A stretch of 62,267 bases of DNA, the filler included. It is 5 parts of 5 records of this genome, joined end to end, with 100 filler letters (N's around TTAATTAATTAA, not from the genome) between each part and the next. Parts side by side here need not be neighbours in the genome. Positions count along the whole stretch, not along the records: positions 1 to 20,295 come from SRR20825006_1356; 4 more parts are not named here. The stretch is one strand, 5' to 3'. The notes under the pieces were generated by a model. That model did no database searches. It worked only from the letters and a program-made list of their open reading frames with translations, and had not been told where the DNA came from. Position 1 is the stretch's first letter, and each line of letters opens with the position of its first letter. Shown here piece by piece: positions 10,103 through 20,265 of this stretch. The position numbers and the translations under genes were made by a program.

Positions 10103-11041
10103 TTAAAAGTTGTAAACGACTTCTAGATTATGGCCTTGTAAAGATTTTCTAGCTTTGTCTATATCTTCTGTAAAGCCTAAAATATAACCACCGCCACCAG
10201 AACCACAAAGTTTCAAATAATAGTCATTAGTGTCTATGCCTTGTTTCCATAAATTGTGAAACTGCTTAGGAATCATAGGTTTAAAGTTGTCCAGAACAAC
10301 ATGAGATAGTTGTTTAATATTCCCGAATAAAGATTTTACATCACCTTTAAGAAAATCATCTACACAAGCATCTGTATGTTTTACAAACTTGTCTTTTAGC
10401 ATTTTTCTAAAACCTTCTTGCTTCATGTTTTCCATAAACAATTGTACCATAGGAGCAGTCTCTCCAGTGCTACCGCTATCTAATAAGAAAACAGCACCTT
10501 TACCATTTTCTGTTTGAGAAGGTATGCCTGCTGGTTCAATATTATCTTTGCTATTAATTAAAATAGGAATGCTTAAATAGCTGTTTAACGGATCTAAACC
10601 TGAAGACTTTCCGTGGAAAAACGATTCCATTTCGCCAAAGATAGATTTTAACTTCAGTAATTTTTCTCTAGTTAAGTTTTCAAGTACAGTAATTTTGTCT
10701 TGCGCGTATTGGTCGTAAATGGCAGCTACTAAGGCACCACTACTACCAACACCATAACCTTGAGGAATGCTAGAATCAAAATACATTCCTTTAGATATAT
10801 CTGCATTTAAGCTTTCAATATCAAAAGAAACAAGTTCTGGTTGTTCTTTCTGTAGGGAGTTTAAATAATCTGCAAAGCGTTTAAGGTTGCTGTTGCTATC
10901 TTTAGTCTTGTCACTTTTATTTTCATCTATTTTAAGAGCGCCATTATAAAAATTATAAGGAATAGATAAACCTTTAGAGTCCTTAATGATACCATACTCT
11001 CCAAAGAGTAAAATTTTAGAATAGAATAAAGGACCTTTCAT
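10103..11041 (-). CDS. Mevalonate kinase (GHMP family)
   Basis: KILLFGEY, SSIPQGYGVGSSGA, HGKSSGLDP and KLCGSGGGG motifs; adjacent to mvaD. Confidence 0.85.
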   Translation of the reverse strand: MKGPLFYSKILLFGEYGIIKDSKGLSIPYNFYNGALKIDENKSDKTKDSNSNLKRFADYLNSLQKEQPELVSFDIESLNADISKGMYFDSSIPQGYGVGSSGALVAAIYDQYAQDKITVLENLTREKLLKLKSIFGEMESFFHGKSSGLDPLNSYLSIPILINSKDNIEPAGIPSQTENGKGAVFLLDSGSTGETAPMVQLFMENMKQEGFRKMLKDKFVKHTDACVDDFLKGDVKSLFGNIKQLSHVVLDNFKPMIPKQFHNLWKQGIDTNDYYLKLCGSGGGGYILGFTEDIDKARKSLQGHNLEVVYNF

Positions 11042-11050
11042 AAACTTAAA

Positions 11051-12133
11051 TTAAATTATAGCAGAAGCGCCGCTTCCTACATTATCACAAAGATACTCAC
11101 CATTTTTACAATATGCAACTAACTCTTTTTTAATGAAATCCAAGGTTTTATCAGCTTCGTTTTTGGGGTAGAGTAGGTGTACATTTGCACCAGCATCTAA
11201 CGTAAAGCAAAGATTTAAATTGGTTTCTTTTCTAAACGCCCAAATCCTATTAATTATTTCAAGAGTATTCGGTTTCATTAAGATAAAATAAGGGTTGCTT
11301 GTCATCATCATAGCGTGCAAGGTTAATGCCTCACGCTCTACTAGGTTTATAAAGTCTTTTAAATTTCCAGATTCTAATATTTCTAAAAGACTAACCATGT
11401 TGTCTTGTGCTTGGTTAAACCGTTGTTCAGAAAATGGATGGCCGTACATAAGTTGATGTCCAACTGTGCTAGATACTTGCTTTTCGCCCTTATCAACAAG
11501 TAAAATAGTGTCTTGGTAATCTTTAAATACAGGATCTATTTTATCATATTTTATGGCATAGTTATTTGTACTTTCAGGAATAGCTTCATGTTTACCCCAA
11601 ATCATCATCGGTCCATCTATACTTCTACTTGCGCTTCCAGAGCCTAAACGTGCTAAAAAAGATGCTTTATTCTGAAAATATAAATTGTCTTTTAAGTTAT
11701 CGATTTGCTTTTCTAATGCAACTAAACACATGGAAAGTGCAGCCATCCCACTAGCAGATGATGCTATTCCAGAACTATGCGGGAAACTGTTGCTAGTTTC
11801 AATTTTAAACTTATAGTTTTTTAAAAAGGGCAAGTACTCTTCAATTCGCTCAAAGAACTTACCAATCTTAGGTTCAAAGGATGTTGTTCTTTCACCATCT
11901 AAATAAACCTGAAAGGAATAGTCATTTGTTAAGTTTTCCTTTTTCTCAAAATGCAATGTTGTAATAGTCTTACAGGTATTAAGCGTAAAACTAATAGATG
12001 TGTTTTCAGGAATTTGAATATCTCGTTTTCCCCAATATTTTACTAATGCTATATTGCTTGGCGCTTCTGAAGTTATGCTGCCTTTTTCTGGAAGTGATGA
12101 ATAGTCTTTCATCAAAAAATTAGATGCTGTCAT
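11051..12133 (-). CDS. mvaD: Diphosphomevalonate decarboxylase
   Basis: SNIALVKYWGK, SGIASSASG, ARLGSGSASRS and FTLDAGANVH motifs. Confidence 0.9.
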   Translation of the reverse strand: MTASNFLMKDYSSLPEKGSITSEAPSNIALVKYWGKRDIQIPENTSISFTLNTCKTITTLHFEKKENLTNDYSFQVYLDGERTTSFEPKIGKFFERIEEYLPFLKNYKFKIETSNSFPHSSGIASSASGMAALSMCLVALEKQIDNLKDNLYFQNKASFLARLGSGSASRSIDGPMMIWGKHEAIPESTNNYAIKYDKIDPVFKDYQDTILLVDKGEKQVSSTVGHQLMYGHPFSEQRFNQAQDNMVSLLEILESGNLKDFINLVEREALTLHAMMMTSNPYFILMKPNTLEIINRIWAFRKETNLNLCFTLDAGANVHLLYPKNEADKTLDFIKKELVAYCKNGEYLCDNVGSGASAII

Positions 12134-12137
12134 ACCG

Positions 12138-12145
12138 CAAAGATA
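12138..12145 (-). promoter_or_regulatory. TAnnTTTG promoter directly abutting the mvaD start
   Basis: Minus strand reads TATCTTTG-CGGT-ATG. Confidence 0.6.
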
Positions 12146-12235
12146 CTATTGATTATGATTTGTAAACCCTGTTTTAGTTTTTAATACAATTGGAAAACTA
12201 AAAACAATTCCTAAATTAGTAGCAACTAACAACTC

Positions 12236-12712
12236 ATGACCAAGAAAAAATTCATAAGAATACTATTGGCAATTGCAATTTGCCTAATAGTTGGTTTTTT
12301 AGGAGCTTACGCAACTCAAGCTAGTGTTGCTACATGGTACTCTACATTAGAAAAACCAAGCTATAACCCACCAAATTGGGTGTTTACACCAATTTGGACA
12401 ACATTATATGTGTTAATGGGAGTTGCTGCAGGCCTAGTTTGGAGCAAGGGTTTTTACCACCTTTGGGTAAAGACTGCTTTATACCATTTTGGATTTCAGT
12501 TATTGTTAAGTTCTGCTTGGTCTGTCGTATTTTTTGGCTTACAATCTCCGTTGTTTGCACTCTTTGTAATTTTAACTCTATTTGTGCTAATACTTTTAAC
12601 TATAAAATGGTTTAAAATTGTTAAGCCGATTGCAGCATATTTAATGATACCTTATCTACTTTGGGTAGGCTTTGCAATAGTTTTAAATTTTGAGATTTGG
12701 CGTCTTAATTAA
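12236..12712 (+). CDS. tspO: TspO/MBR tryptophan-rich sensory protein
   Basis: WY..L.KP..NPPNWVF.PIW..LY.LMG, WS..FFG and PYLLWV.FA..LN motifs. Confidence 0.9.
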   Translation: MTKKKFIRILLAIAICLIVGFLGAYATQASVATWYSTLEKPSYNPPNWVFTPIWTTLYVLMGVAAGLVWSKGFYHLWVKTALYHFGFQLLLSSAWSVVFFGLQSPLFALFVILTLFVLILLTIKWFKIVKPIAAYLMIPYLLWVGFAIVLNFEIWRLN

Positions 12713-15700
12713 TTTAATTTATAGTGTACCGCTTTGTTTTGAAGCGTTGATAATAAGTCTTTATTTATATTAATCTTATGCTTTCTGCTAGGCATGTGTA
12801 GCTTTACTTTGTCTTCCATTTCATAAACAACAAAGTTGAGTAGCTTGTCACCTTTATGCTCATCTAATATAGATTTTAAACTCTGTATGTCATCGCCCTT
12901 TAATTCATTTACATTTATTTGAATTGTTAGTTTTCTTGCATAGCGCTCTAACACATCCTGAAGCATTTCAAAATTATTAAACTGTATTCTCGGATCACTC
13001 TTTTTGCCAGTTTGCCTATTTGTAAAACCTTCTCTTATAAATGCTTTTACATACAGAAATGAATTAGGGATTAGCAAGTGTCTGTACTTTAGGTAATCTT
13101 CGCCATAAATTTTAAACTCATAAGTGTTATGGTAATCTTCTGCAGTAAAAATTGCCCAACCTTTATTGGTTTTTGTGGTTAGGTGCCTAATATCTGTAAG
13201 AATGCAAGCTAATGATAGCTCTGCATTTAGCACCTGTTGTAAATCTTCAAGGTAGTTGAGGTTTGCGTTACAGAAAGACTTCATTTCTATATTATAATCA
13301 TCTAACGGATGCCCAGAAATATACATACCTACCACATCACGCTCTTTCCTTAATTTTTCCATAGTTCCCCATTCTTCACAAGGAGGCACTACGGGTTCTG
13401 GAATTTGTACTTCACTAGCTTCACCAAATAAACTTACTTGAGAGGAGTTTTTGTTTTCCTGGTACTTTGCAGCATATCGTATTACTTTTTCCAAGAAAGT
13501 GATGCCGTCACCTTCATCTAAAAAATACTGTGCTCTGTGAGTGTCCTGAAAACTATCAAAACCACCAGCTAAAGCGAGATTTTCAAAAGCTTTTTTATTG
13601 GCAGCACGTAAATCTATACGTTTAGCCATATCGAAGATCGATTTAAAATGACCGTTTTCTTTTCGCTCTGCTACAATGGACTCTACGGCACTTGAACCCA
13701 CACCTTTTATTGCTGCCATACCAAAACGAATGGCACCTTCTTTATTTACAGAAAATTTTCTGAAAGATTCATTAACATCTGGACCTAACACATCAAGTTT
13801 CATACGTCTGCATTCTTCCATAAAGAATGTTACCTGCTTTATGTTGCTCATGTTGTTTGATAAAACCGCAGCCATATATTCTGCAGGATAGTGTGCTTTA
13901 AGGTAGGCTGTTTGGTAGGCAATCCAGGCATAACATGTAGAGTGAGATTTATTAAAAGCATAACTTGCAAAGGCTTCCCAGTCTTTCCACACTTTTTCTA
14001 ATTTTTCTGCATCATGACCTTTAGCTGAAGCCTGCTCAATAAATTTAGGTTTCATTTTATCGAGTACAGCTTTTTGCTTCTTCCCCATTGCTTTACGAAG
14101 GATATCTGCTTCACCTTTTGTAAAATCTGCAAGCTTTTGAGATAAAAGCATTACTTGCTCTTGGTAAACCGTAATACCATAAGTTTCCTTAAGATATTCT
14201 TCCATTGCAGGTAAATCATACTCTATGTCTTCATCACCGTGTTTTCTGGCAATAAAACTTGGTATATATTCCATTGGTCCTGGACGATAAAGCGCGTTCA
14301 TTGCAATAAGATCATCAAAGACTGTTGGTTTTAAAGACTGCATATGTTTCTGCATTCCTGGAGATTCATATTGAAATATACCTACGGTTTCACCACGTTG
14401 GAATAGTTCATATGTTTTTTCATCATCTAAAGGAAAACTGTCTGGGTCTAATTGTACGCCGTGTTTTGCTTTTACAATTTTCACGGTATCCTTAATAAGA
14501 GTAAGTGTTTTTAGACCAAGGAAATCCATTTTAAGTAGTCCAGCATCTTCTACTACAGAGTTGTCAAATTGTGTGATGTATAATTCACCATCCTTAGACC
14601 TTGCAATAGGTACAAAGTTGGAGATATCATCTGGTGTGATTATAACGCCACAAGCGTGTACACCAGTATTTCTTACAGAACCTTCTAAAACACGAGCCTG
14701 ATTAACGGTTTGAGCCTGTAAATCATTTCCGCCTGAAATGCTTAAAAGTTCTTTTACGCCTTCAAAATCTTCACTTCTAAATTTTCTGGAGAGCTCTTTT
14801 TCATCTACGCCAAATATTTTACCAAGCTTAGTCATATCTGGAATAAGCTTGGCAATCTTATCTGTTTCGTGCAACGGTAAATCTAAAACACGACCGGTAT
14901 CTCTTATGGCAGATTTTGCTGCCATAGTACCGTAAGTTATAATCTGTGCTACTTGATCACTACCATATTTTTTAATTACGTAATCCATGACACGGCTTCG
15001 ACCTTCGTCATCAAAATCAATATCAATATCGGGCATACTTACACGATCCGGATTAAGGAAACGCTCAAAAAGTAGATCGTATTTAATAGGGTCTATATTG
15101 GTAATTTTTAAGCAATAAGCTACGGCACTACCAGCAGCAGAACCACGACCTGGACCAACAGAAACGTCCATGTTTCTTGCTTCTCTAATAAAGTCTTCAA
15201 CAATTAGAAAATATCCAGGATATCCTGTTTTTTCAATAATAGACAGCTCAAAATCTAAACGCTCTTTAATCTCTGGAGTTATCTCTCCATAACGTTCTTT
15301 TGCACCGTCATAAGTAAGGTGTTTTAAAAATGCATTTTCACCTCGTTTGCCTCCATCATCTAAATCTTTAGAATCTTTAAATTTTTCAGGAATTTCAAAG
15401 GCTGGTAATAAAACGTCCCTAGCAAGATCAAACCCTTCAATTTTATTTACAACGTCTTGCGTATTGGTAATGGCTTCTGGAAGGTCTTTAAATAAAGCCT
15501 TCATTTCATCATTACTCTTAAAATAGTATTCTTGGTTGGGTAAACCATAACGATAACCACGTCCTCGGCCAATAGGTTTGCTTTGCTTTTCTCCATCTTT
15601 TACGCAAAGTAAAATGTCATGAGCATTAGCATCTCCTTTTGCAGTGTAATAGGTGTTGTTGCTTGCAACTATTTTTATGTCGTGCGCTTTGGCTAGTTTT

Positions 15701-17073
15701 ATTAAAACCTCATTAGCACGACGCTCGTCTTCTTGGTCATGGCGCATAATTTCCATGTAAAGATCTTCTCCAAAATGAGATTTCCACCAAAGTAAAGCTT
15801 CTTCGGCTTGCTTTTCTCCTACATTTAAAACCTTACTTGGTACCTCTCCATATAGGTTTCCTGTTAAAACAATTACATCTTCTTTGTATTTTTCTACAAC
15901 AGCTCTGTCTATTCTTGGCACATAATAAAATCCTTCTGTATAAGCTATAGATGCCATCTTAGCCAAATTATGGTAGCCTTTTTTAGTTTTTGCAAGCATT
16001 ACTATCTGGTAGCCGTTATCTTGTCTGGATTTATCATTGTGATCTTCACAGACCTGAAACTCACAACCTACAATGGCTTTTAAAGGCTTTTTGTCTGGGT
16101 CTTCACTACCTGCTAAAGATTTGTTATAAGTATTAACGGCTCTCACAAAATGAAAAGCACCCATCATATTGGCGTGGTCTGTGAGCGCTACACCAGGCAT
16201 ATTGTTAGCTATAGCATTGTCTACTAAATCCTGGATACTCATTGTAGACTGAAGAACGGAGAATTGGCTATGATTGTGCAAGTGGGAAAACGTAACTTCT
16301 TCTAAGACAGCAATGTTTTCTTCTAGCTCTTCCTCTGATATCTCATCGACTCCTTGTTCTTTTTCAAGAGCTTTTCTTATTTGTTCTGAAGCTTTCTTGA
16401 GGTTAATATGCTTTAACCCTATAAGTTGAATTGTCTGTGGGTTTTCTTCAGAAAAATTCTCAAAATAATCTGGAGACACGTCTAACTCTTCAGCTGTATA
16501 AATACGCTTTCTTATAAGTTCTAAAAAACATCGCGTTGTTGCCTCAACATCTGCAGTGGCATTGTGAGCTTCATTAAAAGCTTTGTTAAATAAGAATTGG
16601 TGAAGTTCTGTAAGGGTAGGAAGTTTAAATTTTCCGCCACGACCACCAGGGATTTTACAAAGTTCTGCTGTGGTTTCTGTACAAGTGTCTAAAACAGGTA
16701 GCTCTTGTAATGGGTTGTCTATGCCTTTTCTGTAAAACTCGGCACCCATAATATTAATATCAAACGCAACATTTTGCCCTACAACAAATTTTGTCTGTTT
16801 TAATGCTTCATTAAATTTATGAAGTGAGTCTACCAGGTCTACACCTTTTTTATCTGCTAACTCTGTAGAAATACCGTGAATTTGCTCTGAGTCATACGGG
16901 ATATTAAAACCGTCTGGTTTTATAAGCATATCATCGTGAGACACCAACTTACCCATGTCATCATGAAGCTGCCAAGCTATCTGTATACAACGTGGCCAAT
17001 TATCTGTATCTGTTATTGGAGCGTTGTAATTTTTAGGTAAACCAGTTGTTTCAGTATCAAATATTAAATACAT
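12709..17073 (-). CDS. dnaE: DNA polymerase III alpha subunit with N-terminal DEDDh 3'-5' exonuclease domain
   Basis: N-terminal IFDTETTGL...HNATAD, PHP domain HLHNHS...LTDH, then GPGRGSAAGS, SMPDIDIDF and YAFNKSH. Confidence 0.95.
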   Translation of the reverse strand: MYLIFDTETTGLPKNYNAPITDTDNWPRCIQIAWQLHDDMGKLVSHDDMLIKPDGFNIPYDSEQIHGISTELADKKGVDLVDSLHKFNEALKQTKFVVGQNVAFDINIMGAEFYRKGIDNPLQELPVLDTCTETTAELCKIPGGRGGKFKLPTLTELHQFLFNKAFNEAHNATADVEATTRCFLELIRKRIYTAEELDVSPDYFENFSEENPQTIQLIGLKHINLKKASEQIRKALEKEQGVDEISEEELEENIAVLEEVTFSHLHNHSQFSVLQSTMSIQDLVDNAIANNMPGVALTDHANMMGAFHFVRAVNTYNKSLAGSEDPDKKPLKAIVGCEFQVCEDHNDKSRQDNGYQIVMLAKTKKGYHNLAKMASIAYTEGFYYVPRIDRAVVEKYKEDVIVLTGNLYGEVPSKVLNVGEKQAEEALLWWKSHFGEDLYMEIMRHDQEDERRANEVLIKLAKAHDIKIVASNNTYYTAKGDANAHDILLCVKDGEKQSKPIGRGRGYRYGLPNQEYYFKSNDEMKALFKDLPEAITNTQDVVNKIEGFDLARDVLLPAFEIPEKFKDSKDLDDGGKRGENAFLKHLTYDGAKERYGEITPEIKERLDFELSIIEKTGYPGYFLIVEDFIREARNMDVSVGPGRGSAAGSAVAYCLKITNIDPIKYDLLFERFLNPDRVSMPDIDIDFDDEGRSRVMDYVIKKYGSDQVAQIITYGTMAAKSAIRDTGRVLDLPLHETDKIAKLIPDMTKLGKIFGVDEKELSRKFRSEDFEGVKELLSISGGNDLQAQTVNQARVLEGSVRNTGVHACGVIITPDDISNFVPIARSKDGELYITQFDNSVVEDAGLLKMDFLGLKTLTLIKDTVKIVKAKHGVQLDPDSFPLDDEKTYELFQRGETVGIFQYESPGMQKHMQSLKPTVFDDLIAMNALYRPGPMEYIPSFIARKHGDEDIEYDLPAMEEYLKETYGITVYQEQVMLLSQKLADFTKGEADILRKAMGKKQKAVLDKMKPKFIEQASAKGHDAEKLEKVWKDWEAFASYAFNKSHSTCYAWIAYQTAYLKAHYPAEYMAAVLSNNMSNIKQVTFFMEECRRMKLDVLGPDVNESFRKFSVNKEGAIRFGMAAIKGVGSSAVESIVAERKENGHFKSIFDMAKRIDLRAANKKAFENLALAGGFDSFQDTHRAQYFLDEGDGITFLEKVIRYAAKYQENKNSSQVSLFGEASEVQIPEPVVPPCEEWGTMEKLRKERDVVGMYISGHPLDDYNIEMKSFCNANLNYLEDLQQVLNAELSLACILTDIRHLTTKTNKGWAIFTAEDYHNTYEFKIYGEDYLKYRHLLIPNSFLYVKAFIREGFTNRQTGKKSDPRIQFNNFEMLQDVLERYARKLTIQINVNELKGDDIQSLKSILDEHKGDKLLNFVVYEMEDKVKLHMPSRKHKININKDLLSTLQNKAVHYKLN

Positions 17074-17224
17074 ATGTATTTGAATGTTAGAGTTATATGG
17101 GTAGGTTTTAGTGCCTTGATTTCAGACAAAAAAATGTGTTTAAAAGTATAAAAAATGAACGTTTTAAATGCTGAATTATTTGTTGAGTTGTTCACATTAT
17201 ATCAAATTAAAACATTCTTTACAC

Positions 17225-17250
17225 GCAACCTTATTTAATGACACTCATCT
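17225..17250 (+). promoter_or_regulatory. ECF-sigma-type promoter
   Basis: GCAAC-N16-CATCT, 22 nt upstream of the ATG at 17273. Confidence 0.5.
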
Positions 17251-17272
17251 ATAAAACAACTAAACTACTCAA

Positions 17273-17968
17273 ATGAAACATTTTAAATTTATCTCTTTCT
17301 TCTTGCTATTCCTGCTTTTTCAGTCTTGTATTTTTGCTGATGATTTAAATGTAGAAGACAACTCCAGATTGCAGTTTGTTGGTCGTGTAATGTCTGATGC
17401 TAATAATCCTGTTGTTGGGGTTTCTGTAATTGCTAAAGCAGACTCATATGTTGTAGGCTCTACAACTACAGATGCAAATGGTTTTTTTGATCTTATTTCT
17501 CTTGACGCTACTGGAAGAACTTTTAATAACACATATGGTTTGGAGGTTGTTGTAAATGAATTTTCTTTAGATAATGAGTCTTTAACTGAGCACACTTCTG
17601 TTTTTATTGATAGTAGAGATCGGTTTTACGATTTTGAAACTATCGAACTTAAGACAAGTGCTCAACTCGAATTAAATATTCAAAATACAGAGAATACTTC
17701 TGATACCTTTTCTTGGTCTTTGCACTATACAAATACACAGTGTAATCAAGTTTTTGTAGAAGGCCAAATGCAGGAAGATGAGTCGGACTGTTATTCGCAA
17801 ACCTCCGTTTTTAGGACATTAAATGAAAATACACCAAATTTTAGCAGATCCTATTCTGTAGTTCTTAATACTGAAGCTCAATTTACATATAGTGTAAACG
17901 GTTCTGATCCTATAACAGAACTTATACAAATTAATAACCCAAACACTGTATACAATGTTGAGTATTAG
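17273..17968 (+). CDS. Lipoprotein with carboxypeptidase-regulatory-like (Ig) domain
   Basis: Lipobox LFQSC; G.V......PV.GV.V...TTDANG.F pattern. Confidence 0.7.
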   Translation: MKHFKFISFFLLFLLFQSCIFADDLNVEDNSRLQFVGRVMSDANNPVVGVSVIAKADSYVVGSTTTDANGFFDLISLDATGRTFNNTYGLEVVVNEFSLDNESLTEHTSVFIDSRDRFYDFETIELKTSAQLELNIQNTENTSDTFSWSLHYTNTQCNQVFVEGQMQEDESDCYSQTSVFRTLNENTPNFSRSYSVVLNTEAQFTYSVNGSDPITELIQINNPNTVYNVEY

Positions 17969-18581
17969 ATTAAGTATAGTTTTTTGTTTGGTATTAAATA
18001 GTTGTTTGTTTTCACAAAACGATACCAGAGAAGGTGAAGAGGCTGTAGAGTTTTATGATGTAGGTTTTATAAGTATTTCTCCCTATTACCCAATTGCGAT
18101 TGGTGATAATTTTGCAAGCAAAGCCCAAAATACAAATTTAGGTGCGCAATTAGAGTCTAGATTTGTTATAGCAGACCATATTTTGATCGGTGCAAGGTTA
18201 AATATTTTTTCAGGACAGGTAACAAAACCAGAACTTGTAGGTAATTATGATCTTAGAAATGTAAATTTAATAGGTATAGAAGCAGGTTATAGAATTCCAA
18301 TCTTAAAGAACTTTAATTTGTCCTTTTTAGCTGGAATAGGTGCTATAGAATATCGGAATGATGTAGATGGAGAAATTTTTGAAGATACAGGAGAAGCTTA
18401 TTCACTTATAGCAGATGCAGACTATAAGTTTTCAAGGCATTTTAGTGCATTTTTAACTGCAGAATATAGGTATGAGTCTCTTAATACTAAAGCTCCAAAT
18501 ACTACAGTTGCATTTAATAAAGCTTCTTATATAGCATTGTCATTTGGGATACGATTTTACTTTCTCAACGAACGCGATTAA
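17955..18581 (+). CDS. Outer-membrane beta-barrel protein
   Basis: Signal peptide, alternating beta strands and a near-terminal FGIRFYF; overlaps the upstream lipoprotein gene. Confidence 0.7.
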   Translation: MLSIRLSIVFCLVLNSCLFSQNDTREGEEAVEFYDVGFISISPYYPIAIGDNFASKAQNTNLGAQLESRFVIADHILIGARLNIFSGQVTKPELVGNYDLRNVNLIGIEAGYRIPILKNFNLSFLAGIGAIEYRNDVDGEIFEDTGEAYSLIADADYKFSRHFSAFLTAEYRYESLNTKAPNTTVAFNKASYIALSFGIRFYFLNERD

Positions 18582-18583
18582 AT

Positions 18584-18619
18584 AAAAAAAAAGCCGAATC
18601 GTATGAGATTCGGCTTTTT
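18584..18619. terminator. Bidirectional intrinsic terminator
   Basis: A-tract, GCCGAATC-GTATGA-GATTCGGC, T-tract, between convergent genes. Confidence 0.8.
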
Positions 18620-18637
18620 AAATTTTAAGGCTTTATA

Positions 18638-19084
18638 TTAAGCTACAATCTCTAAAGATTTTACGTCTTTAAGAGCACTTTCTACATTATCTTTCTGTGT
18701 TTTTAAAACAGAAGATGTGCTAGGTGGTAAGTTTGTTTCGTTTATAATTTCATTATAATTTTCAACAAACGCTTTTTCACCTCTAATAGCTTCCTCTAAC
18801 ATAGCTTCTTCATCATTAGCGACAAATTTAGATTTAATATTCATCCAAAATCTATGTGCGTCTCCACTAATACTAGTGCCTTTGTCTGGCTCTTGTCCAA
18901 AACTCTTAATCTCATTCTTTAATTGGTGCCCAAAGTCATATCTGTCTTTAGCTCTATTCTCGAAATAAGATTTTAGTTGAGAATTTTTTACATTTTCAGC
19001 TGCTTGTTTATAACCAGCTTCTGCATCATAATTCTTCTTTAGTAATTCGTTTAATTTATTTGAAACTTGCTCTGTATACTTCAT
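18638..19084 (-). CDS. PA2169/DUF2383 four-helix-bundle (ferritin-like) protein
   Basis: LNELL..NYDAE.GY..AAE, G..HR.W..IK and RGE....Y motifs. Start moved to ATG 19084 (MKYTEQ). Confidence 0.85.
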   Translation of the reverse strand: MKYTEQVSNKLNELLKKNYDAEAGYKQAAENVKNSQLKSYFENRAKDRYDFGHQLKNEIKSFGQEPDKGTSISGDAHRFWMNIKSKFVANDEEAMLEEAIRGEKAFVENYNEIINETNLPPSTSSVLKTQKDNVESALKDVKSLEIVA

Positions 19085-19270
19085 AATAGTAATATTTTGG
19101 TTAGCAGACTTTGTTTTAAGATGAGGTCTGTTTGTCATCTATTCCAAAGATAAGAAGCTAATCCCTACCTATTTGCCTGTTTAACGCACCTTAACTCAAT
19201 CACACTTTTGTTTAACATATTTTAATAATAAATAAACAGGTGTTGTGATCTATTTGTAAAAACCGTTAAC

Positions 19271-19298
19271 AAAAAAAGCACTCCTAAGAGTGCTTTTT
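19271..19298. terminator. Intrinsic terminator after the 19322-20128 lipoprotein gene
   Basis: AAAAAGCACTC-CTAA-GAGTGCTTTTT. Confidence 0.8.
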
Positions 19299-19321
19299 AC
19301 AATTTAAGATTAATTATAATT

Positions 19322-20128
19322 TTAATAAGTAATAGTAAAGTTACCGTTGGTTACCATAATACCACTAGTTGTTTCAAATTGAAATGATCCAGAAGCAGTT
19401 CCTGCAGCATTATCATTAGTTGTAATAGTTATCATACCACTAATAGCATTTTCTGAGCCACCACTAATTGCATAAGATGCTCTGTAGTCTCCACCTTCAG
19501 TAATTTCATAATCACCTGTTGCGGTATCTAAAGGAAACGATAAATTGATAACAAAGTTTTGTTGGTTGTTTGCTATAATAAATAATGTATTTCCTGCAAC
19601 GTTTGTTTGAGTGGTTACGGCTGTATAGTTTGCACCATCAACTAGTGCTGTAAATTGGTCATTATTTTGGCCGCCATCTCCAGGTACAGCATTTGTAATA
19701 GGAACTTCATAAATTATACCTTCCTGAAAGTTTAAGGTGTCGTTTATACCTGGTCGCCTTGCATTAAAATTAAATGTAGCTGTAATTTTTCCTTCCTCTA
19801 TATTAGAAATTACTATTTTACCGTTACCTGAGTTGTCTGTAGTATAAAAAGCATCATCAAATGTTGTGAAGTTAGCTTCACTATTGCTGTCAGACCCAAA
19901 CAAATAGGTGCCAACTTCTAAAGATTCTGCAGTTACTTCAATAGTTTCAAGAGCAGTTTCGCCAGATATAGTAACAGAACCATCAGTATTAATTGTTGCG
20001 TTGCTTGTTACGGCTCTAAAAAACACATTGTCAACTTCACCTTGCAATGCAGGTGTATTTGTTTCGATGGTTTCACTGCAGCTAGATGCTAATAAAAGGG
20101 TACTAAATAGTAGGAGTAGGTTTCTCAT
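19322..20128 (-). CDS. Lipoprotein with two tandem DUF6252-like beta domains
   Basis: Lipobox ASSC; a repeated A.VD...G.I.I......G.F.F......G.F unit. Confidence 0.7.
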   Translation of the reverse strand: MRNLLLLFSTLLLASSCSETIETNTPALQGEVDNVFFRAVTSNATINTDGSVTISGETALETIEVTAESLEVGTYLFGSDSNSEANFTTFDDAFYTTDNSGNGKIVISNIEEGKITATFNFNARRPGINDTLNFQEGIIYEVPITNAVPGDGGQNNDQFTALVDGANYTAVTTQTNVAGNTLFIIANNQQNFVINLSFPLDTATGDYEITEGGDYRASYAISGGSENAISGMITITTNDNAAGTASGSFQFETTSGIMVTNGNFTITY

Positions 20129-20205
20129 AATTAAATATAGGACAAGTTTATCTACAAATGTAATTAAAAATTTGAGCTAACATACTTGCAGTAAGAAAAA
20201 TATAG

Positions 20206-20265
20206 TATCTTTGCGCTCTTATAAAAATTAATAATAGAGGTCGAGAACCTCACAAATTAATCACT
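20206..20265 (+). promoter_or_regulatory. rpsP promoter and leader hairpin (candidate S16 ribosomal-protein leader)
   Basis: TATCTTTG at 20206-20213; hairpin GAGGT-CGAGA-ACCTC at 20237-20251. Confidence 0.5.

Noticed and set aside
19175-19230. TTAAC direct repeats upstream of the PA2169-family gene
   Set aside because: Could be a response-regulator site, but such short AT-rich repeats are expected by chance here.
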